Shown: positions 24,070-37,722, numbered from the stretch's first letter. The stretch: DNA of 64,000 bases from Stegostoma tigrinum (GCF_030684315.1 NC_081374.1:17719265-17783264); one strand, 5' to 3'. The notes: generated from the sequence alone by a model not told the origin. A program made the numbers and translations.

Positions 24070-24735
24070 AAAGTGGTGTGCCAAATAGGCACAGATTCTG
24101 GACATCACTTTATGACTGATTTTAGGAGAGGGTGCAGAGGGGATCTATCAGACTGGTGCCAAGGTGAAAGATTTAAATTTTGTGGGAAAGACTAGAAAAA
24201 CGGAGTTTGTCCTGCTTAGCATTGAATTGAATTAGCTTTATTGTTACATGTACTCATTTGAGTACAGTGAAAAGTTGCCAGTTACAGTACCATCTTGGGT
24301 CCCTTGGTACAATCCTTAACTACCTTTTCATTTCTCTATTCTGTAACTGTTACAGCTATGCACAGTATGAACATAGGTCAGGAAAAAACAAGAAGTGTAA
24401 AAAGACAAACCTGACAGTGAAGGGAAAAGGGAGATTTGACGGTGGCAGTCAAAATCATAAAAGGCTTTTGCTGATTTACTGAGTAAATGGCACAAGGGTT
24501 GCTAAAAAGAGGATGCAGATTGAATCGCAGTGAAATAGAAAAATAAGTTTCATGTTATGAACAGGAATTTGCTCTGCCTGAAAAAAAGAGTCGAAGCATA
24601 TTCGGGAATGACTTTCGAAGAGAATTAGATACATAGATTTGAAAGGCAGAAACTTGTACAGGGCAATGACAGGGGGCTAATTGAGCTGACACTGTCGTGA
24701 TGGGCCGAATGGCTGTGTTTGTGCTGCACTGTGCT
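24070..24735 (+). mobile_element. Decayed CR1 3' fragment with a nested minus-strand Rex1-like 3' end (~24221-24410)
   Basis: ggagagggtgcagagg (ERVQR) and gatgggccgaatggc 3' UTR; the insert begins attgaattgaattagctttattgttacatgtac. Confidence 0.45.
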
Positions 24736-25469
24736 GTTTCTAAATCCTTACGAAGTGAAGTGACAGCTGTCTTTGTTTAGGTTTGGGACACAGACAAATC
24801 ATTTACTGGAATCCTTGGGGACCATATATTCCACAGACTAAATAGTTTTAGGTCCAGATGGCACATTAACTGACTGTGGTTTGTCTATGATTAATAACTA
24901 CCACATAAACACAATAACTAGGTGCGTTGCAACTTTGTGATTCAGCAATGTGGAAAGGGTCAAAAAATTGAGTCTTACCATCATCCTTACTCTACAGTTT
25001 TCCAGTAATTTTCTGGAAAGACGAGTTGGTAATGAGTGGCAAAGGCAAAAGGGCATCTGACTGATGAATCGTCTCCTTTAAGTGAGATTTGCGGATTTAA
25101 AGAACGAGACCAAAACACTGGAGTGCCAGGATGAATTGGAGCCAAATCCGATAAAAAGTAAAAAATAAGAAGGAAATACAGATTGGAATGAGGGGGTGTT
25201 AGGAAAGAGAAACTGTATGAAATACAATATATTAAAATAGAATGTTTAATTTTCAAGGAGGATTGACAAAATGCAGAAATGGGAATGAATGGTTTATATT
25301 GTTCCTCTTCAGTGTAAGAGGCTGATGAGCAGCTTTATATCACTCCATTCATTCCCTCTGCTGTAGAATATTGTACGCCTGCATCTGTATATGCAGATAT
25401 TTTGAATTATCCTGTTCAGACATGATATGAGACAGACCTAGAGTAGGTGGGTTGGAGGGATACTACCAC

Positions 25470-25978
25470 TTGATTTGATTTGACATGAATTATTGTCATG
25501 TGTACTTGAATGCAGTGAAAAATTTTGTTTTTGCATTTTAGGCATATCATAGTATACTAAGTGCATTAGGCTAATAGAATGGAGCAAATAATAGTGTTAC
25601 AACTGCAGTGAAAGTGCAGAAAGAGTAAAATCAACATTTTAGGAGTTTAAAAATTGATCGGTCCTTTCAGAAGTCCAGTAACAGTTTGGGGGAAAAAGCT
25701 GAACATGAATCTGTTGGTATGTGTGTTCAAGCTTTTATGTCTGCTGCCAGGCGGAAGAGGTTGGAAGAGATTATAGTGGGGTTGGGATGGACCTTTGTTT
25801 ATGTTTCCTGTCTTCCGGAGGCGGTGACAAGTAAAGATGGAGCCGATGGATGGAAGGTTGGCTCTAATGATGGACTAGCTTGTTTTCACGTTTCTCTGCA
25901 ATTTCTTATGGTCCTTGGCAGAGTAGTTGCCATACCAAGCTGCAATTAATTCCAATAGAATGCTTTTTCTGGTGTATC
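25470..25978 (-). mobile_element. Rex1/Babar-like LINE 3' fragment
   Basis: Minus translation ..SILLELIAAWYGNYSAKDHKKLQRNVKTS*SIIRANLPSI resembles the Rex1 C-terminus; (ttgat)n tail. Confidence 0.65.
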
Positions 25979-25998
25979 AAGAGGCTAATGAAATTGAT

Positions 25999-26110
25999 TA
26001 GATAATATCTATCTGTACCAAATTGTTAATAAATTGTTCTGGAGCAGGTGGACCTTAAATGTTGGCATCCTGGCTCAGAGGCAGGGACATTACCACAGCA
26101 TCACAAGAGC
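25999..26110 (-). mobile_element. Short tRNA-derived SINE-like repeat (family of 40864-40980)
   Basis: Reverse complement gctcttgtgatgctgtggtaatgtccctgcctctgagccagga...ctgctccaga aligns with 40864-40940. Confidence 0.45.
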
Positions 26111-27404
26111 GAAGAAGCTAATTGTGTTGTTGTAAAAAAAAACATGCATTGTAATTTTCAGCCCTAATTTTCTGTGGTGAACAATTAATGTGGAGATCCA
26201 GCAATCTCTTATGAATAATGGTCCAAGGGTAGGCTACTGTTACATCTGGAAATTTGCAACTTACACCAATCCTTACATTTTCTGACCAACATGAACATTA
26301 ATAATCCACATTTTTTTCATTCCCCGCGCCCCCCAAAAAAAAATCTGGCCTGTTGCCTTCATTTCGATACGGTTCATACGCTGAGTACTTTTTATTTAGA
26401 AAAAGAGGTTAGTGATTGGAGCTACACTTGCCGCAGTCATTTGACTTCAGTGCAAAACAGTACATGCTTTCTCATGCACAAGGAACAGGCAAGTTGTGAA
26501 GGGAGTAAAATATTTTCATTGTGCTTCAACCTGACTGGAGGCTGCATGATTAAATTGAGAGTATCTGGGGGTTTTAAATGAAAGGTCTGGTTTTGGCACA
26601 AGAAGCCACAGGGCAGGGGGTGTCTAGTTTACCTCATGTGCAGTGGGCATCCATGAATTTCAATAGTAACCAAAACATCGTTGATTTTAAAAAAAACTAT
26701 TGCAGCAAACATTAAAATTTGGAATTTCCAAAGAGTTTGCTCAGGAGTGGTAATTTGAGCCTTTGGGTTGGACAATTGTTCCAATCCTCTGTGCTGACAA
26801 ATGATGCACTAATTACAGAAGTTTTAAAAAACAATTAAAGTACATTTCAAAGGAGGAAGTTATAACTGGAATAAAGGAGTTTGGGATTATGCCTTTTTTG
26901 GGGTCATTCTGATATAGACATAACCTCCCTCACTTGGTCATATCGGAAACTTCAGTGCAGCTCTAATCCATGTGTCATTAAGCAATTCATCTCCCCGCTC
27001 AAAGCATTCAATCATAAAGCAACTTAATAAATATCATATCAGTTTACCTTTAATCTACTGCGGTCTTTAATCCACTGAGATTTCTCCGAAACGAAGTCCT
27101 GCCTAGAATAAATAAAGTTTATTACTTGGTTAGATTGTTCTTAGTTCTTTATTTATTGAAAGCTTGTTTAGTATGTAGGCCCCTAAAGCCAAGAACTGTT
27201 AATTTGTTGATCAGTTTAAGCATGGTATGAGAAGAGCCTCCAGGGGCTGTGACTATTTTTAAAAAAAGTACTCTCTAATGTCTCAGAAAAAATGGAGAAA
27301 TGCCTTGGCAGCATTTACTACTGAATCACCCAATCTGAAACATACCATTGTTAGAATCTTTAAAGGAGAATGACAATTACTATCCAGCTGGATGATCAAA
27401 GAAC

Positions 27405-27525
27405 AGGCAGATTCTGATAATGGGTCCATTTCAATGATGTGACATGTCTTATTTCTACAGTTGCTGACTGATCTGAATGTTTACAGCATTTTCTGCTTTT
27501 GGATTTAGATTTCCAGCATCTGCTT
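27405..27525 (+). mobile_element. Old PLE pLTR 3' end
   Basis: ttctgataatgggtcc...ctacagttgctgactgatctg...ttagatttccagcatctgc. Confidence 0.45.
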
Positions 27526-27984
27526 GTTCTTTTTATATTTATTTGGCAAATGATGCCCTTTCTGTTCTTGAGTGAACTTTTATTAAACACTTCCACTTGC
27601 TGCTTATTGTGCAAGTGTATGCAATTATCTTTTGTTCTGTCCACTTCATTGGTCTTCTCTTTGAACTCGCTCAATCCTCAGCACAAAAAAAATCCCCCTG
27701 GATTTAATAGGAAAAGATTGTAACCCGTTTAGTATCTGGTAGGGCGTACACACTCCAGGAGTCAAATCAATTTTGTGCAGCCATTGCAAAATTGATTCAA
27801 ACTGAAAGCTTTGGAGGGGCTTCTGTGCTTGTCTTGGTATTTAAATTTGGATGCTAATGATTCTGTCTTGTAGCAACACAGCTGTTGCGTAGAGTGCTTA
27901 GGGGAACTTTGAAAGAGCTGGAATGCTTCACTTAGCTACAGAATTTTGAATGGACCTACTATAATGTTAATGTTGATCTCTGTG

Positions 27985-28131
27985 TGCACCTTGGCAGCTG
28001 TAACATTGTGTCCTGCACTCTTGTTCTGTCACCCTGATGCATTTGTATGTATGATCTGCCTGTAAAGCACTGAAGATGACACCTTCTTTACTGTTCTGCA
28101 GTTCATGTGACAGTAATAAGTCAAATCAAAG
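27985..28131 (+). mobile_element. Rex1-like 3' end
   Basis: Ends catgtgacagtaataagtcaaatcaaa, the reverse complement of the 47243-47280 and 25470 termini. Confidence 0.55.
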
Positions 28132-28494
28132 TTGAAATCATGAATCCATTTTGAGCCTTGTCACAGTTTGCTCATAAGGTATAGAGAGAATATTTGACGA
28201 TCAGTATTGTTTCAGAAGCCTGGAAGATTTGTGCAGTCATTTAAAACAAATACTGAGATTGATCTTATGCAACTATTCCATGTAAATTCTGGAACTTGTG
28301 CTATGACCTTCAGTAGAGCATTACATTAATATTGAACTCAGTTGATATTGCATTGGAGCATTCCATTTGCAATGCAGACTTTGTGGACAGCAAAGAAAAT
28401 GAAGTGAACCTGAATCTCAAAGCCATCTACGATTCGGTTGCCAGGAGCACCTGCAAGTGTTAGATTTGAGTTTTACCTTGTAGTATGTTTTAAT

Positions 28495-29110
28495 GTCATA
28501 GTCATACAGCACGCATACAGACCCTTCAGTTCAGGTCAACTGTGTTGACCAAGTTTCCCAAACTAAACCAGTCCCACTTGCCTGTGTTTAGTCCGTATAT
28601 ATCTACCTGCATCCACCACTTCCTTTGGTAGGTCATTCCATACACAAACCATCCTCTGCATGAAAAAGTTGCCCCTCAGGTCCCTTTTAGATCTGTGTTC
28701 TCTCACCTTTAAACATATATCCCATTGTTTTCAATATTCCCTCACCCTGGGGAAAAGACCTTTGCTAGTCACCTTATCTATGCTCCTCATGATATTTTAA
28801 ACGTGTAGAAGGTTCCCCACTCAACATCCTATGCTCCAGTGGAAAAAAAACTCCCAGTCTATCCAGCCTCACCCAATAACTCATACCCTCCAATTCTGGC
28901 AACATCTTAGTAAATTTTTTCTGAACCCTTTCCAATTTAATAATATCCTTCCTATAGCAGGATGACTGGAACTGTACACAGTACTCCAGAAGTGGCTTTA
29001 CCAATGTCCTGTTCAACCTCAACATGACATCCCAACTCTCTTCCTCAATGGTCTGAGCCATGAAGGCAAGTGTGCGAAATGCCTCCTTAACTACTCTGTC
29101 TATCTGTGAT
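28495..29110 (-). mobile_element. CR1/HER1 LINE 3' fragment
   Basis: ORF 28774..29061 DVMLRLNRTLVKPLLEYCVQF..CYRKDIIKLERVQKKFTKMLPELEG; (gtcata)n tail. Confidence 0.85.
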
Positions 29111-31314
29111 CTTTCAATATCAAAGTCAGCAACTCGTCATCTCCAATTGGGCACAAGAAACATGATTTTTTTGTTTACACCTTGGGTGACTTTAGTCATT
29201 GCTGAAGTGTACACAAATAGTCTTGGCCATTTTGTTTCTGCTTCCTATAGGAAAGCATTCCATTTATAAGCTGTTCTTCTAAGTCTTCAATTTGATGAGA
29301 AGGAAGTGTGGCTGATAGCAGTGTATTGCCTGCAGAATTGGTAAATGCTTAAAAATATCAGCAATTAGTGCCCACACCTAAAGTAGGCATTAGCCTCTTT
29401 TTTTGCCCCTTGTACTAGTATCAGGTCCAGCACTTGTTTGAGACCTGCACTATAGTTTTGCCTTGCCTGGGGTTTGGGGGTTGGGGGTGGTGGGGAATCA
29501 AGTCTGAATATAACTAGTTCTTGAAATGACTACCTTCTGGGCCATGACCACAAGATACCTTTTCTTAAAAATAAAAGTAGTTATGTACCTGAATGTGGAA
29601 ACAATCTGGCACTAAAGTCCAGCTCCTGTTCTGAGTTGCTCAAGGCTGTTATTAGCTTGGATATTGATGCTGTCTCCCCACCCCAGCTGCCTCACTTCAC
29701 TTGAACTGCTGCGTAGTCAATAGCAACACTGCCTTCATCAACTCTTCACTTCCAGAGAGCATTATTTGTCTTTGCGTTGCTCCTCAAGGAGATGGCTGGT
29801 TTCTTAGGCCTTTCTTGCGCCGAGATGATATTGATCCCACCTTGCCAAAAGCATGAGCTTTTCTTGATCCTAGCTTCCAATTAGCAGAGGAAGGATCTCC
29901 CCACCAGGTGCAATGTTGGATGTAAACCTTGCTAAAGGCTCTTGCATGTATTTAAATTATTCAAAAGGTTTTATTTCTCCTTGCTCTTCAGAATTTGGGT
30001 ACTGGGTGTAATTCCAGTCTTCCCATTCTGTTTGCCTTACCCAATCAAACCATTGTTTGTTACCACACTACAAAACATTACATCATACTGTGTAAAAGTC
30101 AAGGTTTGTGATTTTGAGTATGTTTTCACATTGGACCTTATTTTTAAGGATCAACATCCAAAAATTTCAGAGCAAAGTATAATGCTGGAGTTGTTAGTGA
30201 TTTGATTGATTTGTCGATGCGTAGAAGTGAAAATATGTGTGATACATAAATGAATAAATGTTAATTAATTGGGATTCATATATGTAACTTATTACTGTAA
30301 AATAAATGCTATAATGAATTATTTAGAGTTGTTTCTACTTTGTGAGGATTATTTCATTTTACTTGGGTCCGAATCAAGTTTGCACATCAACCCCTCAAAA
30401 ACTATACCTGGGTAAGAGTTGAGTTTATTGATCTAAAAAGTTGGTTTCAAAAATTCAACTTTTGCATAAATTTCCGAGTTTAGATTTAAGAAAGAGGCCT
30501 ATTGACACTCCATGTTCTCATCTTCAACTTGTAGACAACAGGGTTCCCATTCCTAGCTGGAGTTTCTTTTTTAACTACTGTGTTTTGTTCAAATACACTA
30601 AGATTGGACTTTCCAAGTACTTTCAACAAAATTCAACGTATCAGTTTGGGTGTAAGGTTATTGATTCACATGATTAAAGATTAGACTGATGCATCCAAAT
30701 CCCACTAACAATACTATAGACATTGAAAGCCTGCAAAGTGCAATTTAGGTATTTTATAGCACAGCGCTTTATGTTTGACATCAAAAAGTAGAGAAACTGC
30801 TTTTGACAGATGTGGATAGGGATGGTTGTACTTGGTTTACATACCGTTGTTTAACTGCAACTTCTGTGGATTTGTTTTGCAATGGAATTGTATCCGATGA
30901 GGGGGAGGTTAAAGAGAATTTCTGCCTTACTTTTCCTTATTGTGAAGTCGAATGTGGTGCCAATACAAATCCACACTGAAAGCAGTCATAATTCAGCTGC
31001 TTGATCATTTGAGGGGAAAAAAGTGTTGCAGTTATTAAAATTTTTTAATTTTTTGAGTCTGGTATGACAACTTTAATCACAATAGTAACCCTAAAATTCA
31101 AAATATTTTTTAACATGCGTTTACAATTTGATAAACATAGCATCTAAATTACAAGACTCTTTGAAACCCATGTCAGTCAGTCATTATTATTAAAATGGCG
31201 AGGTCTCTATGGATTGTTTCACTTCTATAGGTGTGGTTTAATTTGAAGTACATTTAATGCTCAAAACATTTCTGCATTTTCTCATTATTGCCCTCATCTC
31301 AAAAATAAACCAAT

Positions 31315-31710
31315 TGTCTCTGAAGATCATGGGTTCAAACCGAACATTAAAGGTTTGAGTAAGTGACCAGTTTTGATGATGTAGTGCAGCACAGTCGAAA
31401 GGTTGTGTTTTGATGAGATGCTAACACCAGAAAGTAGAGGAGCTGATTTTGATAGATTTGTCCAGGCAATGCATACAATTTACATGCTGGTGTTGAACTG
31501 AACATCCCCACCATTACCATTGTTGTATCTATCCTGGAAACAATCTTGGTTTTTTTTTGGTTTTGAATCTTCTTGCTGTTTGTGGAGCTCAGATTGGCTG
31601 CTGAGCTTAGTATGTCAGTCACTACAGTGCAATAGTCACTTAATTGCTGTAAAGCACATTGGAATATAGTGAGGTCATGGAAGATGCTCTGTAAAGGAAG
31701 TTATTTCCTT
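31315..31710 (+). mobile_element. Old SINE (DeuSINE/SacSINE-like) with an L2-type tail
   Basis: tRNA-like gggttcaaac head; tail gctgtaaagcacattggaat..tgaggtcatggaagatgctctgtaaaggaag. Similar to 48190-48600. Confidence 0.35.
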
Positions 31711-32019
31711 GAACCTTATGGAAAAACTCAGTTATTGAGGATAGCTACTAGCAGCCTGGTTCGATATCCGAGAAACCACCCTTGGGTGTGTACGCAGTAT
31801 CATTTTGAATTCCTGATTTGCCATGAAATTTGATAAGCAGAAGTTATTTTGCTTAATAATGCTACAGTTTGATTAATTTGTAATTATAGACGTTTATAGC
31901 AGTTACCCTCCTTCATTTAAAGAATGTTATAAAAGAAAGTTGAGGTTGATTTTTGAATCAGCTTGATTGGCAACACACCTTGGATTTTCTGAGCATACAG
32001 CTGCCTGATTGAGTTCCTG

Positions 32020-32185
32020 TGATGTGGAGGTGCCAGTGTTGGACAGGGGTGGACAAGGTCAAAAGTCACATGACACCAGGTTATCGTCCAACAGGTTTAT
32101 TTGAAAGCATGAGCTTTCGCAGCTCTTCTCCTTCCTCAGATATATAGTGTGGAAGAGGTTGTATGCTGACACAGAATTTATAAGC
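32020..32185 (-). mobile_element. Solo pLTR end of the third PLE family, hammerhead-like motif at 32111-32139
   Basis: gatgtggaggtgccagtgttggac...caccaggttatcgtccaacaggtttatttgaaa matches 43718-43805. Minus strand reads CTGAGGA...GAAAGCTC. Confidence 0.75.
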
Positions 32186-33329
32186 AGCAATTAAGCAGGA
32201 TTGAGTGCTTTCCCCACTATACTGTTAATGTAACTAGGGTTATGGTGTAAATTGGCGATGTACAAAGAGCATCCTGAAGGATCATGTAGCATGGCTTGGT
32301 GAGGGGCAAAGAGGAAAACGAATGTAAAAACACAGCCTATGTCTAACATAAATTAAAATTTACTGTGCATGAGCTGGTTGCATTACCAAATTGTCCTAAA
32401 ATCCCTGCTGATGCAGCACTCTGGAGGTTGCACTTTGGCACTAAGGATGTCACTGGCTGTGGGAAAAGTGCTCCTGGTTGTTGGTTTTTTGTTTTATAGG
32501 AGTTATTGTCCAGGTGCATCTCCCAAAAGCTGAACTAGCACACTAATTCTTTCACTGTCATGTTTTAATGGTTTGTGTGCTCACAGTCTTGTCCAGAAAA
32601 CTTAATCCCATCCACAGTTTACAGACTCTAAACTATTTCTAACATTAACTTAAAGGAGCTGAAAATTAGTCCAGGAAAAACTCTCAGTTGCCAGGACATT
32701 GTCTAATATATCACATTTCTGCTGCTGTAACTTGACTTTTCTTTCCATGCAGGAACATCTGGTTAAACTACACATACCATAGGAATGTGGTTTGACAGTT
32801 GTAACAACTTTCTCCTGGTACTGGAAATGTGTACTTCCTTTAACCCTCGTGAAAGGGTGCTGGTGGGCGATAGTGTATTGATAAAACTTAGAATGTTGAA
32901 AGTAAAATTTAATTTCTCTTTAATATTTTTCACAGCTGTTTCTCTGATCCGATTATTCAAATTTGCATGTGAGCCATTTCTTCTTTTCTTAGTCATGCTT
33001 CTGGGGGCAGATGTATAAAGAGCATTTGTTGATTTTGATGAGAGAAACTGAACACAAACATGGGAGTGATGATGGTATTCTGAAGTCAGGAAATGAAACT
33101 TTCCAAACTTACTCAGTACTGAACCTGTTCTGCACCATCCTGTTCGGCAAAGACTGGTGTGAATTTTTTTTAAAATCCCCAGCGCTCCTTGGTCCTCCAC
33201 TGACCGCCATTTGTAAAGTTGAACTCGACCAGAAATCTCCAAATCTCATTCACTTGTTACCCTTGTGTTTTCATGTTCGGCAGCATCTCAGTTTTTAGCT
33301 TCTCGTACTTGGAGCCCTCTGTGTTTAAA

Positions 33330-34055
33330 TGAAAGAAAATCTGGATGATATCTATCCTTGGACTGACAAATGACGTGTAATATTCATGCCGCACAAATGC
33401 CAGGCAACAAATATCTCCAGCAAGAGATATTCTTAACTGCCACCCCTTGATATTCAAAGGTTTTACCATCACTGAATCCCCTACAGTCAATATTCTTGGG
33501 GCTACCATTGATCAGAAGCTTAACTGGAATCACCATATAATTACAGTGGCTGCATGAACAGGTCAAAGGCCTGGAATACTGTGCCACGTAACTCCCCACT
33601 TGCTTGGATGGGTACAGCTCCAAAAACACCCAAGAATCGTGACACCAGACTCTCAACTTACCACATCCATAAACGTTCATTCCCTATATCACCAATGCTC
33701 CACAGCAGCTGTGTGTGTTACCTACAAGATATGCTGCAGAACCTCACCAAAGATCTTGAGACAGCGACTTCTAAACACGTGGCCACTTCCATCTACAAGG
33801 ATAAGGGGAGCAGATACTTGGGAACACCACCATGTGCAAATTCTCCTCCCAGCCATTCACCATCGTGACTTGGAAATATAACACTCACTGTTGCCTGGCC
33901 AAAATCTTGTAATTCCTTCTTGAATTGCAATATGAGTCAACCTAAAGCATGTAGACTGCAGTGGTTCCAGAAGGCAGCTTACCATCATCTTCTCATAGGC
34001 AATGAATGCTGTCCAGCCAGTGGTGTCCACATTCCACAAGTGGATAACAAAAAAA
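33330..34055 (+). mobile_element. LINE RT C-terminal and 3' end fragment (CR1/L2-group)
   Basis: atatctatccttggactgacaaatgac (IQAWADKW-like); caatattcttggggctaccattgatcagaagcttaactgg (NILGATIDQKLNW); tail ggcaatgaatgctgtccagccag..aaaaaaa. Confidence 0.65.
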
Positions 34056-34744
34056 ACCATCCACTGCTTTGGCTCCTCGCCTCTCTCTATAACTTTTCTC
34101 TAGACTGTCAACCATCTAGTGTCTTCATGCTGCTCACATTCTGCACTATCTGATTTTCTGTTCCTGGACCAAAGAGGCTTGTACCTTTTTTAGTTGTTTA
34201 GGCTTTTTGCTTGGAATTACATTCCTAAGTGTCTCTGTCTCTCTCTTTTGTTCTGTAACATGCTCCACAATTTTCGTTGTCTGACCTATTCATCTCTTTA
34301 ATGTAGTGTCCAATTTTAGTTGAAGCTGCTTCTGCGAGGTTCCTCCAGAGACATTTTTCAGTGTTATATATATGCATGCTGCTGTTCTTTCCATACTTCC
34401 ATACTTCCATGACTCATTAAAGGTGCTTTTTCTCCTTCACTGTCATTACTATGACAGTGTTAGAGTGAAACAATTTCCTCAAATCAAAGTTGGAGCTGTG
34501 ATGTGAATGTCATCTTATTCAGTAGTCAGGCCTTGACTAAACTTTAATTCATTTAGAATCCCTACATTTAGATATCAGAAGAGCATTATCAGACAGAATT
34601 TGGAGCTATTTTAGTGGAGTAAAGCTACCACGTTAATGCGAGATTCTATAGTCAGATGCTAAAGGGGTACTCTTTCAAGACTTTGTTAATTGAGTGATAA
34701 TGCAAAGGTCATCAATATTGTTGCAGGATGTTGGCCCAGACACT

Positions 34745-36160
34745 CTGTTTTATGAACAAAATATTAAAAAAATCTTTATGTACAGGCCCTGAAGCAGGTT
34801 GGTTCTTTACAGTAGCATATGGAGAAACAAATGTTGGAGCTTGACTCTATCAAACAAACAAACCAAGGCATTTCTTTCTTTTACAAGATTATATTCCCAA
34901 TATATTTGGGGAAGGTGTGTGGTGGGGCATCCGACAACTGAACAGATCCCCATTTAACTTTGGCAAAAAGACCTCAGACACTGGCCTTTCCCTATTGCTT
35001 CTTGATGGTGCCTGCCCAAGCTTGAGTACATCCCTCAGCATATAGTCCTGGGTGTTGGAATGTGCCAGTTTGCAACATTTGGTCAAAGTCAAATCCTTGC
35101 TCTGGAAGACAAGCAAGTTTTGGGCAGACCAAAGAGCATCTTTCACTGAATCGATAGTCCTTAAGGTACAGTTGGTGTTTGTCTTGGTGTGTCTCCCAGG
35201 GAACAGAACATAGATTGCCCAGTCCTGTGTCATGGAACGTCTTGGGATGACCCTTGACAAAAACCACTGCATCTATTTCCAGACTTCCTTTGCAAAGGCA
35301 TTTTCCTACTGGAGATGTGTGACAGTCTCTATCCCGCAATGCTGCTTTGAGGGCAGCATGCCTTTTGCAGAGAATCTGATAGTACTTTGTATGATCTCAC
35401 AGGTATGGCCCTTCTCACCACCAGCCAGGTGATGCGTTGGTGCATGTTGGAAAGTTCTGGTGATGAGACATTCTGCTAAATTACTTTGACAGTCTGCTCA
35501 GGGAACCACAGAGGATCCACCCTCTCCTTTTCCCACAGGCTGACTTACCAGCATCTGCAACCAGCTTAAACTCACCTCAGAATCCGAGGTAAAATGAGGC
35601 AAGGGTAAGGCCGTGTTCTTTGGGACCTGGGATGACCAATCCTTTATCCCTTTCACTGTAAGGACAGATTACCTATGGATGCTGGGAGTATGGTTCGGAG
35701 GGACTGGGACGTATGCCAAAACTTGGGAGGAACGTATTGTCAAGGTGAGGCAGAAACTCTGTTGTGGGTAAAAATGTGGTCATAATGTGTGAGGCACTCT
35801 GTTGTTGGACATAGTGCATGTCTGGCCCATTCCCAGAGCCTGTGCCTTGCAGTCACCTAAAACATTTTCAATTGATCTGGAGGTCTACGATGGACCATGT
35901 CCTCTAGCGACGCCATGTGCAAAACTCTGGATGGCAGAATGAAGAACTTACTCAACCTGCCCTCATCCTGATGGCTACCTTTCGTGTGCAGCTGCATCAA
36001 GCTGTGCATAGACCGTCAATACGCAAACACCAGGTGTCACTATATGTACTGAGGTTCTACCTGTCTCTGGTGTCGTGAAGGATGGGAATGGCCATGTTGA
36101 CTTCCAAGTAATTGGACTGTTCTAGATCATCTGTGTTTTGTGGAGAAATTGGCGAAGAAG
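34745..36160 (-). mobile_element. Tx1-clade LINE fragment with an inverted 5' part
   Basis: Minus 34745-35538 encodes EKERVDP..FPEQTVKVI..ETVTHL..AFAKEVW..VKDALWSAQNLLVFQ (C-terminal zinc-knuckle region). Plus 35540-36160 encodes the upstream RT-end region (FFGTWDDQSFIPFTVRTDYL..LGVWFGG..KTWEERIVKVRQK). Confidence 0.75.
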
Positions 36161-36619
36161 CTTTATTTAAAAAAAAAAATGCATTCTACTGGTTTGTGCC
36201 ACAACTGAGATTGCTGTGGTTTCAAGCTCCATTGCAGTCTATCACTTAAAACAAAACAAATGTTGATCATTTTTGCCCACGCCCAACTGAATTGCTGATT
36301 GATTATCTTGATTATGGGGGCACTTGCGAAGGGTGAGGGTTATGGGATGGTATGGGTTTCTGTAATGCTACAACCTTACTGTTTTCCCACTAATTGGAAT
36401 GGGGAGGGGAAAGAGTAATATGTGGGCTTTTTTTTTATCTACAACAAAACCTTAGTGATATTCAATCCAGACTGGGAATGGAGAATAGCATGCTCGTCTT
36501 AAACTGAGCCAAGAGGAACTTTATCAGAAATTCTTGAGGAAGTGAGCAGGTTTCTTTTCATTCTGAATTTCCAAGCAGGCAAAAAGTTGAGTATGAAGGC
36601 TTTTAAAGCTTCGTAAGAT

Positions 36620-37289
36620 GAAAGAATGGAAATAGGCCATTCAGTCCATCAAGTTTTCTCTGCTGTTCAATTGTGCCTGATCTATTTCCCAACCCCATTT
36701 TTCTGCTTTCACCCCATAGTCTTTGATCCTTTTACCAACCAAGAATCCACCTATCTCTGTCTCATATATATTCTCAATGACTTGGCCTCCACAGCGTTCT
36801 ATGACGAGGAATTCCAAAGATTTCCCCACTCTCTGGCTGAAGAAGGTCATCCTCTTCTCAGTGCGGAAGGGCTGTGCCTTCAATCTGAAGGTGAGCCCTC
36901 TGGTCCTAGTCCCCCCTACAAGTTGCAATGCTATCTCCACATCCACTTTATCCAGGTCTCTCAGTTTTCTTGTAAGTTTTCATCAGATCTCCCTCATCTC
37001 TCTCTCAATTCTCATCAAATACAGACTGAGTTCTCAATTACCCCAATGATGACCTTAATTCCCAGGATCGTTTTTGTGAACTACTTCTGGATCCCCTTCA
37101 TGGCCAGCACATCCTTGATTTAGATATGGGACCCAAAACTTTTCTCAACATTCCAAATGTGGTCTGACCAGAACCATCCTCAGCATGACATCCTTACTCT
37201 TGTGGTCTAACCACCTTGAAACGAATATTAACATTGCATTTGTCTCCTTAACTGCCAACTGAGTCTTCATCTTAATCAGAAGAGAACCC
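36620..37289 (-). mobile_element. CR1-like LINE 3' fragment (host of the 37290 PLE)
   Basis: ORF 36641..36946 VGGTRTRGLTFRLKAQPFRTEKRMTFFSQRV is the CR1 ORF2 C-terminus. Confidence 0.75.
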
Positions 37290-37722
37290 TGGATGTGAGT
37301 TTGCACGCTGAGCTGGAAGGTTAGTTTTCAGACAGTTCGTCACCATTCTAGAAAACATCATCAGTGAGCCTCTGATGAAGCACTGGTGTTATGTCCCGCT
37401 TTCTATTTATCGGTTTAGGTTTCCTTGGGTTGGTGATGTCATTTCCTGTTCTTTTTCTCAGGGGATGGTAGATTGATTTGGAGCCAATGTGTTTGTTGAT
37501 GGAGTTCTGGTTGGAATGCCATGCCTCTAGGAATTCTCGTGCGTGTCTCTGTTTGGCTTGTCCTAGGATGGATGTGTTGTCCCAATCAAAGTGGTGTCCT
37601 TCCTCATCTGTATGTAAGGATACGAGTGATAGTGGGTCATGTCGTTTTGTGGCTATTTGATGTTCGTGTATCCTGGTGGCTAGCTTTCTGCCAGTTTGCC
37701 CAATGTAGTGTTTGTCACAGTT
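37290..37722 (-). mobile_element. 5'-truncated Poseidon/Penelope-type PLE: GIY-YIG C-terminal half plus pLTR with a decayed hammerhead
   Basis: Minus translation CDKHYIGQTGRKLATRIHEHQIATKRHDPLSLVSLHTDEEGHHFDWDNTSILGQAKQRHAREFLEAWHSNQNSINKH. 37290-37408 matches 2651-2768. Confidence 0.85.

Noticed and set aside
32752-33298. Host exon or ORFs (acceptor-like tract at 32735-32752; ORFs 32763, 32785, 33011)
   Set aside because: No recognisable protein, no convincing donor site, and overlapping short ORFs typical of chance.
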